From Neophaeotheca triangularis (lineage: Eukaryota), in contig BAAIJX010000064.1 of assembly GCA_054600435.1 (NCBI GenBank), forward strand, positions 1 to 64,000: a stretch of DNA of 64,000 nucleotides, read 5' to 3'. Each line of letters starts with the position of its first letter. The stretch's first letter is position 1. The notes beneath the pieces were generated by a model. That model saw only the letters and a program-made list of their open reading frames with translations, was not told where the DNA came from and did not search any database. Shown here one piece after another: positions 1 through 10,190 of this stretch. Made by a program: the position numbers and the translations under genes.

Positions 1-120
1 AACCCTAACCCTAACCCTAACCCTAACCCTAACCCTAACCCTAACCCTAACCCTAACCCTAACCCTAACCCTAACCCTAACCCTAACCCTAACCCTAACC
101 CTAACCCTAACCCTAACCCT
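1..120. repeat. Telomeric repeat array (CCCTAA)n, chromosome end
   Basis: About 20 perfect AACCCT units from base 1; TTAGGG-type telomere typical of filamentous ascomycetes. Confidence 0.99.
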
Positions 121-3100
121 TAGAGTCGACTTTTTAGGGCGTAGGGGTCGACTTTAAATCTTACTATCGGCCTTATTTATAGTCGTCGACGATGTCGACT
201 TACTAGTACGTCGAGTCGACCTAATAAGGTAGAGATAACCTTATTTAGCTAAGTCGACTTTATGTTTTAGACTCGACCTAGTGTTATAGAGTCGACCTAG
301 TGTTATAGAGTCGACCTCGTGTTATAGAGTCGACCTCACTTAGTAGAGATAACTTTATAGGGTAGAGTTAACTTAGAGGAGTTTAGTTAAATAATCTTAA
401 TATTCTTAGCTACTAGTTACTATAACCTAACAATATAGGTTAGAATGTAAGGTAGATATAAGATAATAGGTAAGTCTATATATAATACTATCCCTAAGTA
501 TTAGGTAGGTAGCCTCCTACTATAGCCTATAATCCTCCTACTATAATAGAAGGTTTACTTCTATCGAAATAAGATAAGTATCGTTATAGGGGACTCCGGC
601 CTCTGTATTTTTAAAGCTCTATTAAGTTTTTAGCGATAATACTAAATAACCTAAAACCTTATATAGTATAGACAACTATATCTAGGCTAAGTAGAATAGT
701 AAGGGCGAGGAAAGCTAAAGTAGTAAGTAGTAGTTTAGATTATCTAGAGGCTACTATTATTATTTCGTTAGGATAGGAAAATAGTAGGGTAGAGTAATAG
801 GTTTCTTAGGGTTAACTATAGCGCTACTATTACGTTATCGAGTTCTTTTTCTAGTTCCTCTATTAAAGGGTAGGTCCTATAAGTAGAGTAGTCTTATATT
901 AGGTATAATTCCTAGAGCGTAGGTCTAGCTATTAGGGCAAAGACAATATACTATCGCCCTACCTTTAGCTCTAAATGTGTCGAGTAGTATAAGTACTCGA
1001 GAAGCTAGGAGACTAGTTTTACTTAGTAAGGTATTATTCGTAATAGTTATAAATAATATAGTAGGATTAGGAATTAGGTATAATTAGGAATTAGGGATTA
1101 TTTATAGTAGTTACGAATAATGTATTAGGATTAGAAATTAGTCAAATTAGTTATAGTAGATAGAGGCTACTTTAATTAGTCGTAAATCATTCTATGTATG
1201 TCTATCTATATAGATAGGTATCTAAGATATAAGTACTAGTATAGGGGAAGGTATAGGTATATAAAGAGGGTAATGACAAAGTAAATACTATAAAATAAGT
1301 ATGTCTATTAATGTAACATAGGGGTTACCACGATGCTATTAGTAGGTCTATACTAATTATAGTCTATAGCCTTACTTTCTTCTATAAGTTACCTTAAGAT
1401 AACCCTCCTATTATAGGTAAGCCTAAGATTAAGCTAATTAATAGGGTTACTATTTAATAAGGATAATACTAAGGAGTAAAATAAAAGGAAGAGGCTTCCT
1501 CTAAGAAATAAGGCTAAACGCTAAGAGGTCGAGTCATTACCCTAGGTTCTATAAGTACGGGGAAGCTAGAGGAACCTATATAAGGGGGTAAATATAAAAT
1601 CGGAAAATCCCTAACCCTATAACCTTAGATTCTCTATCGTAATCTTCGTAACTCTCGCTTCTCTTTCTCTCTCTTATTCTTTAAGATACGACAAAATGCC
1701 TAAACATCTCGATACTCTAAGGAAAGTAAAGTTTCGAGGAGTAAAGTAGGTTCTCGATAGTCTCTATAAGGAGACTAAGGATCCGGTATATCGAGTACCT
1801 CTCGTAAAACTTAGAGAGATCCTTAGAGAAAGTACGACTTTAGTATACCGCGCGACTACATCTAACTCTAATCGCTATTAATACGAGAAGAAAGAGATAA
1901 AACTTCTCTATAAGACACCTACTAAGAAGAGGAATAAGACAATTACACGAAAACGTACTACTACTATCGCTATAAAAGAAGAGCTAGATAAAAGAGAATT
2001 ACCTTTAAAATTCGACCCTAAATCCTACTACCCTATAAAGCGACACTAAGCTAGTAATAGTAATACTACTACAATATAGGGTCCTAAACCTCGTAGAGGT
2101 TATCGAGGAGATAATTCTCTTCATCTTACTACGCTAGATCTCGAAAGAGCTATATAGATAATCGAGAAGAACGGCCCTAACGGACACCGTCTTTTATTAG
2201 ACAATTTATGTTATAAGGCATAATTACTATATGTTATAAAATGGTCGCTATATAAGGGACTCGCGAGAATTAGCTTTAGGTATCGAATACTCGTAATATA
2301 CAAAGAGATTTTAAAAGATAACACTACTATATATATATCCTTTTCGAAAGAGATTCTTTAAGTATGGCTAAAGAAAGAAGACTACCGAAATATCTTTTTT
2401 CTTAACGAGTTTCACTATAGGATAGGATAAGAAGGCCGAGGACGCGTTCTATAAAGAAAGGGGAAGGAGGAGCGATATAAATTCGATAATGTAAAGATCG
2501 TACTAAGTCGAAAAGAGATGTAAAAGAAGGCGAAGAAGAAGGGCGCTACGAAAGGAGGGAAACGAGATAACGATACCGATCGATATGATAAAGAGACTAA
2601 GGATACCTATTTCTTAGCTATAGTCGGCTACGACTTTCCTCTTACTCTCTATAAGTACGAACTGACTAACTCGAACGGAAAGATGTCTTCGAAGCTTTAT
2701 ATTAAGCTACTATAAAAGCATGTCCTCTCGCTATAAAAGAAATATAGCCCTAACTTTATAATCGAAGAAGATAGCGACTCATTACATTCTATGCCTGCGG
2801 TATTAGCATTTAAACGAGAGAACGATATCTCGTATTATATAAATGCTCTAAACTCGCTAGACTTCTTAGTAGTAGAATTGTACGCGTCTATTTCGAAGAA
2901 CTCGTTTCGAAAGAGTCTATAGTATACGAAGGAGGATGTCGCTAAAGAAGCATTTCTTTCATTAGAGAACGTAACTCGAAAAGCGGTACATACTTTCTAC
3001 GATAGTATGCCGGCTAGGTTTAAGGAATGTATTATTAACGAGGGACAGCGAACGAGGTATTAGTTATATAGTAATAATTCACGAAGTTACGAAGGACTCT

Positions 3101-3130
3101 CTCTTCTTTTATTATTATAGTACTTATATC
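121..3130. other. AT-rich RIP-mutated subtelomeric region
   Basis: Strong TpA excess and CpA/TpG depletion, no ORF in the track, and a shift to balanced GC over about 3.1-3.6 kb. Confidence 0.92.
253..337. repeat. Subtelomeric 19-bp tandem repeat (GTCGACCTAGTGTTATAGA)
   Basis: Units start at 253, 272, 291, 310 and 329 (last one partial); further dispersed GTCGAC sites lie in 125-220. Confidence 0.85.
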
Positions 3131-3250
3131 TAATCTCTATTGTTCATAGCCGTTGTAAACAATACCTTCCGCTCGACATTATAGAAGGCCGAGTTCCCTG
3201 CCGAGCCCGTGTCCGGATTTTCCGTTTTTGCATTCAGTTGCGTGCCCGTA
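1556..3250 (+). mobile_element. RIP-inactivated Tc1/mariner DNA transposon (DD34E); transposase relic 1696-3063
   Basis: ATG at 1696, the IEED motif at 2761 and TAG at 3061 are all in one frame (455 codons), with internal RIP-type stops. Motifs: FFLNEFH (de-RIP FFSDEFH), EEDSD...H and NSLDFLVVE (de-RIP NSPDFSVVE), with 34 residues between D and E. Imperfect inverted repeats at about 1590-1610 and 3215-3235. Element ends are approximate. Confidence 0.85.
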
Positions 3251-3632
3251 ATACTCGTACTCTCGCTCGGTAAGCAGTCGAGCTTACAATAGGCTATCTA
3301 ATAGCCGATACAAAGTTGTTTAGTGATGACATGCCGACTACTTCTCCACTCGGTAACAACGGTTTTACGCTGACCCGGCCGAAAGTCAATAGGCCCCGTA
3401 GTCCGTATAGGCTAGTAGATTGCCGCGTTATGTACACTAAGGTATAGTAGGAACGCCCGGAGCTATAAGCAATAATGTGCGGGCCACGCTCTCGGAACAT
3501 TATTAATATCTTCAATCTTCGCAACGGTTTCCAAAGACTCCTCTTGATTCACTAACTGGTCGACTCACTAACCCAACAGCAGCGAAGTATTCCCGTAGAA
3601 CCCCAAGTGAAAGGCCGATCATCATATACATT

Positions 3633-4080
3633 ATGGAAGAGCCAAAATACGACCCAAGGTAAGTGGGAGCATCACTAGAACTCGCTGCCTAGCACGACTG
3701 ACATTGTTCTTAGCCGCCCGATGCCGGAGATTAGCATCGTCTACTCCTACAAACTCGACAATTGCCCGGGCAAGACAATCGTCGGTCTCCGCGTCGATTT
3801 CGGCCCAAACGCAATGACTCCTCCGCACCGCCACGGCGGCGCCGCGGTCTCCGCATACGTTTTCAAGGGCACCCTGTTCAACAAGATGAATGATGATCCC
3901 ATGAAGGTCATACAGGAGGGTGGGACTTGGTACGAGGCACCGGGCTGTCATCACCGCATCAGCAACAATGCCAGTGCGACAGATCCAGCGACGCTGCTGG
4001 CGACCATGGTGCTAGACACCGAGGATTTTGAGAAGAACGGCATGGCGGCTTTGCTGCAGATCGACGAAGAGTATCGCTGA
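3633..4080 (+). CDS. Cupin-domain protein (exons 3633-3658, 3714-4080)
   Basis: TPPHRH...YVFKG and G.TWYEAPGCHH cupin motifs; GTAAGT..CTGAC..TAG intron joins MEEPKYDPS in frame. Confidence 0.88.
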
Positions 4081-4211
4081 GCGGAGACGTGGTTGGTCGC
4101 TCGAGCGGTTAAGTTGCCGTAGGCCTAGAAGAAAATATGATTGTAATGCATGTTGGTTCGGCTTGTCAAGATATGGCGTTGCGTTTTCGGGTCCAGGTAA
4201 CAGGCCATCAC

Positions 4212-6023
4212 TCACATCGTGAGTATTGACTCTTGCAGTGTGTCAAAGTCTTCGAAGGGGATTTCGTTGTCCAGGTATGCATCGAAATTTGTGGCGGCTG
4301 TCTGCGAGACGCTGGTTAAAGGCTCAATTGAATGGGCGTAGTCCAGGAGCGGAAGGGCGCTGCTCGTTGTCGATGGAGAGCTCCTGCTGCTCGAAAGAAG
4401 AGAATCGCGCGCGATCGTGCCGATCTCCTCGTAAGTCTGTTTTCCCAACATCCAGTGCTGGCTAAGGGATTTGAGGGTGCCCAATGTCAAGCGGATCCTT
4501 TCGCGATGTTGCGCGAGATTTTTTCCCCGTAAGACCAGTCGGCACGCCGAGATCTTTGCAATGGTGACATTGGCGATCATGCAGATGAGGAATGGGGAGT
4601 GAGTGGTGACATTAGTCGGTAAGATCAGAAGCTCGTCGATCTTTCGGATGGCTCGTACGCATTTGATGGTGTGGACATTGGGCTCCGGGCGACTGCGTTG
4701 CTGAGGTCGCTCACTTGGAGCTAATGGCGCGCACCTGGAGATATGCTCGATTGGGCTCGCTCTCAAGGTGGACAGGCGTCGATGAAACTCCACGGTGCAC
4801 GTGTGCATAATGAATTGTGCCATAAACATCATCTCATCAAGTGATTCATCAGAACGAAGTACGCACTGCTTCGAAGGTGGCAGTAATGAATACCATCCCG
4901 TCATGCTAATGTCGATGTTGGTGCATATCGACAAATACTTGTTGGGAGCGGGCTCGCCGTCGCAGGACAGTGCTAGATACAAGCCCCTCGTCAAACCGAT
5001 GAGTTCTGCGAAAGATGAGAATTCTACGCCTTCGTCGGGCGAAAACTCTCGCACGTCGTACTGCTGCAGGGTTTTGGGTGTAGGGATCGTCTGTTAAAGT
5101 CAGCCACTAAACGGGATCAAGACTTGCAAGGCTGATCCTACACAGGCTTCATACTCATGCTCCTCACACGGGAGGTCGGCGGTCATGTCCACACCACTAG
5201 TGTGGAAGGAAAAAGTGTGGGCACTACCAGCAATATGAGCATCAGCGATGAGGATTTGCCACCACGTTCGGCGCCAGCTTTCTTCTAGAACTGCGTCGCC
5301 TCGGCTGTGTTGCTTCGCAAATCCCTTGAGATGCATGCCCAAGGTTATCGCCATCTGGACAGATTGTTCTAGCAAAGCGGTACCGGCATCCGGGTCGTTC
5401 CGCCAGTAGACAGCAATGGAGTATAAAAGCACTGCTTGGACATCGAAGCCGTTCGGCACACTTATTCCACACCGAAAATCGCTTACAGCTGACTCGATCG
5501 GGCCTGATCGTCCTTCTGATCGTGCCACAGGGGCGAACAAAGATCCGATGTAGTGTATGACCTTTACTAGAAGTTGAAGATCGTCGTCAAGCAGGCGGTG
5601 CATGAGGAATGGCCGCGGAAGAGCACACGGATGTGCCGCATGGAAGAACTCGTAGTAAAGATCCAAAAGACCGGGTTCAAACATAATGTCCATGCCTGAA
5701 GTGCTCGAGCTATGGTCGAAATTCTGCTGTGGCGGGAAGGCTGGTCCCTGGGGGTCACCCTGGGAGCTCTCGCCAACAACATCAAAGTTCAAAAATCCGT
5801 TCCACTCATCTCGTATTGGTGCTGGGTTCTGTGAGGCTCTGTTTCTCGCAGTGCCCCTACGTGAAAGAGGGAACACGCATTCTTTTCCGCTGGTGGAGCA
5901 CCGTGAGCACACGGGTTTCCGACCGTCGCATCGAAAGTGTTTGTAGCGGCATGTCTGGCAGGCTACCGACAGGCGGGTCTTTCGCCTGCCAGTGGCTGTT
6001 GGCGGTGGCTGTATACTTGACAT
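4212..6023 (-). CDS. Zn(II)2Cys6 transcription factor with fungal-specific TF middle domain (intron 5091-5141)
   Basis: CQTCRYKHFRCDGRKPVCSRCSTSGKEC cluster; EESWRRTWW and DLPCEE motifs; the intron joins the two track ORFs in frame. Confidence 0.93.
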
Positions 6024-6560
6024 TGCTGAAAACCGATTCCCTTGAAGAGAGCTGCGTGGACGTCCATTTACTACTGCGTGGCCTTTAGTGATTTTGCCAG
6101 TCAGAGTCTCTCAGCACGTACTCGATCCCCCGCTTCTCTTGGCAGAGGTTTTTCTTTGGTTCAGCCTTAGCCGGGCAGTAGTAGTGAGCAGCATGGAGGT
6201 ATAGATTTGCTCTATCCCAATGGGAGATTTGAAGATAGTAAATGGCAGCAGACCGTACCTCTAGTGCTCTCAAGGAAATCTTTATCTCTACTACAAGTAT
6301 GAGCACAGCCGCTTGCGACGCGTGAATGCCTACGATTACACTGCGTGAGCGAATAGTTTCTGGGTAGCTGTTGGGTGTAACTGTGTACGTCGCTCAAGTA
6401 CAAAACGATCTCATGGTACCCTCGAAATTTCGCACGACATCTGTTGTAGCGTGTGGTACTCGTGAATGTCTGATCCCTCCTCGCATCTACTCGAGCCTCG
6501 CATCTACTCAGAAAACAATCGAGTTGTAGTAGACCGTTCGACTCGTCTGCCTCCTCCACA

Positions 6561-7139
6561 TCACAACTCGTCTTTGCCCTCGTTCCATCCATCACCTACA
6601 CCTCGCATCCACTGCGCGCCGACCAACTCCAGACTATGCTTTTTCACGAACTCATCCGCCTTGAAACTCCGCCTCTCCACAAACTCCTCACCCCCGACGT
6701 CGCTCTTGTCCAGTTTCAGCCCCTGCGGCTCCTTGAACAGTAGGAAGAGGTAGCGATGCGGTCCACTTTCATCCTTCGGCCCGGGCGCAAGATAGCCGGT
6801 CAGCGTCTTCCCGGCTGGGACGTTCCCGGCGGAAGAAGGGATGTTGGCAACTACCCAATGGCGCCAGTACGCGAACTTTGGGTCGTCTGGAGTCGGCGCG
6901 TCGGGGTCGATGAGAACGAAAGTGAGGGAGTCGGAGGAGTCGGTGGTGGAGGAGGTTGACGAGAAGGTGACTTGTGGTGCCTCGGAGGCCTGGCTTTTGC
7001 GGACGAGCGAGCCGTGCGACGGGCTGATTGCGGGGAAGGAGACGGCGAGCTCGTACGTGGGGGTGAAGCCTGCCGGGATGACTGTCGAAGGCAAAAGCGA
7101 TGCCGACTTGAGAGAATCGAGGAGTGAGTTTGCTGCCAT
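6561..7139 (-). CDS. Phosphatidylethanolamine-binding protein (PEBP/Tfs1-like)
   Basis: DPDAP, WRHWVVAN and GPHRYLFLLF signature motifs. Confidence 0.93.
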   Translation of the reverse strand: MAANSLLDSLKSASLLPSTVIPAGFTPTYELAVSFPAISPSHGSLVRKSQASEAPQVTFSSTSSTTDSSDSLTFVLIDPDAPTPDDPKFAYWRHWVVANIPSSAGNVPAGKTLTGYLAPGPKDESGPHRYLFLLFKEPQGLKLDKSDVGGEEFVERRSFKADEFVKKHSLELVGAQWMRGVGDGWNEGKDEL

Positions 7140-7507
7140 TTTGCCGGATTTTGCTTCGACAGATGAGCGCTGTCGTAGTCGCGTCTCTTCAGCATGTGCG
7201 GTACGCTACCATTTGTATGTCGAGAAGACAAGTGCTTGCGTTTTCTCATTGGTGGACAATCTTGCGCTTGCCCAGCCTACCAAGTATGGAGATGGGATAT
7301 GACCACCCACCGAGGGGCCAGTGGCTACGGGCGCTTGAGATGGAACTACTGCAGAGACGTGGAGAAGGAAGAGGGATTGAGACGTCAGACTCTGGCCTTA
7401 TCAAGCAGACGATTCGAAACCATGGCAGCATCACAGGCACAAACAGCTCTCAGCTCTCATTCACCCGATCAAATCACAGCGAACGCGTTCGCTTCGCCTT
7501 CCGTACC

Positions 7508-9134
7508 TTATCTCGACTTGCCACCAAATCCACGGCCACCATTGCGACCCCGACCAGAGGCTACCCTAAGCACATACGCACCACGCTCGAAAGTGTTTGC
7601 AAGGATGTAGCCGGACGGGAACTGAAAGTTACCCCAGCTGCCCACGAAATCGAGAGATCCGCCCGCCTCATCATCCTCGGGGTGCATGTCAAAGAACGCC
7701 AAGGGCTTCACGCGGCTACCATCAGGGTGTTTGCTGATGGAGCGGACGTCATGCACCCAGACGCCTGCGCCGTAGTTGGACTGGAACATCACGCCCTTCT
7801 CGATGTAGAGATTGTGGTCTACCGCGCGGTGGTCTGTAGATTTGAAGGTTCCGGTCCACTTGGGCTTTTGCAGGTTGGTCAGGTCAATGATGTGGGTGAT
7901 GGGAACGCCGTCGGCGACGACGCCTTGCACCTCGTCGAGCTCGTCGTTGAGGAGGACAAATTGATGCCAGTTGCGCTCGGTCCACCAGCCTTGGTGAGTG
8001 TAGGTGGCGCCGGGGTATTCGAGGCGACCGAGCATCTTGGAGTCGGCCTTGTTGGTCGAGTCCCAGATGGTGATGCTGTCTTCGTTGTAGGCAACGCAGA
8101 TGTTGCGGCCCTTGTAGCGCCTGTCCGGTCCATTGTAGGTGACGCACTGCGCATCGTGAGTGTAGCCGTCGGAGCTGGCACATCCTGGCTTGAAGGGAGC
8201 AGATGGATCGTCGAGGTTGATGTACTCTAGACCAGCAGCACAAGTCTGGTTGCGAGGCTGGGCGCCGACAGCAATGGCGTACTCGTTGTCCCAGTCGATG
8301 ACAATGTTGTGCGCACGGCCGATGGGTAGGTCGTCAAAGACACCCTCGAGGTCCGTCTCAGTGCTGAAGGTGACGGGGTTTCGCGGGTTCACGGCAGCGA
8401 CCTTGTTCAGGTCGAAGATTTGGACGTTGTGTCCGACAGCCTCGGAGCCGATGATGGCGAAGTTGTTGAGCACGCGAATCTCACGCCACGAGGATCCAAT
8501 GGGATCGTTGGCCGGCAGGCGACCAAGGTAGGTCAGTTTGCCCTTCTTGTCGATTTCGACAAAGGCAGTGCCGGTATGCTGCCCGATCAGACCGATCTGA
8601 CGACCCTTCGGGCCGACCCAACCCCAGACGGAAGAACCCCGTCTGTTGGGGAAGCGTGGGTCGGCTTCTCCACCGCCCAGAGTTTCGTGGTTCATAAAGT
8701 CGTAGAGATCCATCTGTCGTGTTGTAGCTCGTCAGTGATGGTATCCTCATGGATGGAGGGATGATGATTATCCTGCTCGACGTACATTTTTGCAGCGGAA
8801 CGTCTGCATCGGGTTGCCCTTCTCGGCAACTGCAACTCCTTCCTTGCACTTGAGACGGTTTTTCTTGACATTCTTCGGGAGCTGGTCCCAGTCCTTCCAT
8901 GACGGCCATTGCGAGCTGTTCAAAGCTCCAGCAGCTTCGAGTGCATCCCATTGGGCCTGATTGAGTGCTCTGTTAGTATTCTGACACAGTTCGCAGTCCA
9001 AAACTCTGATTGTGTCGTACATTCTTCATATCAATAATCATCTGGTGGACCTCGCCGGACTCGTACTGCTCCTTCGAGAAGTGTGCGGCATTGGCGAGGG
9101 CCGAAAGGGCCAATAGTGGAGAGATGCACTTCAT
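7508..9134 (-). CDS. Secreted choice-of-anchor B / LVIVD-repeat-like protein (exons 9021-9134, 8786-8956, 7508-8713; about 496 aa)
   Basis: Signal peptide MKCISPLLALSALANA; two canonical phase-0 introns; motifs SSWREIR, DGYTHDAQCV, YTHQGW, DELDE, DHNLY and SNYGAG. Confidence 0.8.
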
Positions 9135-10190
9135 CTTGGCTTCGCTGGACGTGGGACGGGGCGTCAAGATCGTGAGCAGGATTGAGCAGGTTATCTGCAG
9201 CATATAAGGGCCAGCATGATGCTACTTATATCCTAGAAGATCTTCACCTTGCACTTACTGTTATCTCTGCCAGCCGGACACCTCCACGACACACTTGCGG
9301 TGCATCAACACCGTCAAGACTTGCGATACGCTGGACCTTCCTGAACAGGACTGACTGCCCAGCACGAAGTTGAGGTCCAAGACCAAAACCAAGCAAATCT
9401 ATATGTATGCTAAGCCCGCGTCTTTGTACAGGTAGGCTGAGAAGCGACGTCCCTGCCGTGGGCGAGACCGAGTCCATGCAAGGTATACGCAGCTTCACAC
9501 TGCAACGCCTTGACGCCCTTGCATGCTGCTAGTAGCACGTCAACGAGGCCTCGTCTCGCCATTGGTGATCACACGTCCTGGCCTTCCTTGTCGCCGCAGT
9601 ATCCGATGCGACGGCTGATAATAAATTCGCAAAACGGCTATCGCAGTGTCGGTCTTACTGCTCGAACTGCATTGGCGCGAGCTGTGGCGATGCTACCACA
9701 TCCTGTCACGCGCTCATGATAGCGGGGTGTCCTGCACGCAAGACTTCCAGACTAAGCTGTCCACGGCCTGGAGGCTGGTCGAGGGCTCTAGAAGAAATTG
9801 CATCACTTGCTGGGCGCATGAAGCAGCGAGGTTATCGCCGGCGTAAGGATGGCCTTTTGTTTTTGTCGAGCAACCTAATTCGCAAGACTTCTCCGAGTGA
9901 GCTGTGAAAAGAACGGGCTAGACAGAAACGACGACCTACTCGGCTTTTCGACGCCATCACGGTCACCATGCGAAGTCGCGCTCCGGGGGAAGCTGACTCT
10001 CTTATCTGTCAAGACCATCATCAGCCAATTCAATTCTCGTAAAAATTCACTGCGAGAAACACTGAACGCGGCCGTGCAATCGTAGTAAGTCCGAAAGAGA
10101 AGGCCAACAAAACAAGCGCCATGCCTCAGCGTCCTTTCTGATCTTCAACATATTGCGCGTTCCCCGAATACAGCCTGCTTGCCCAGATTA

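Noticed and set aside
253..337. CRISPR-like array
   Set aside because: Eukaryotic locus; contiguous repeats without unique spacers
3294..3524. 76-aa ORF at the RIP border
   Set aside because: Non-ATG start, partly RIP-mutated DNA and no motifs
7124..8230. 368-aa plus-strand ORF
   Set aside because: Antisense to the choice-of-anchor-B-like gene; no recognisable domain
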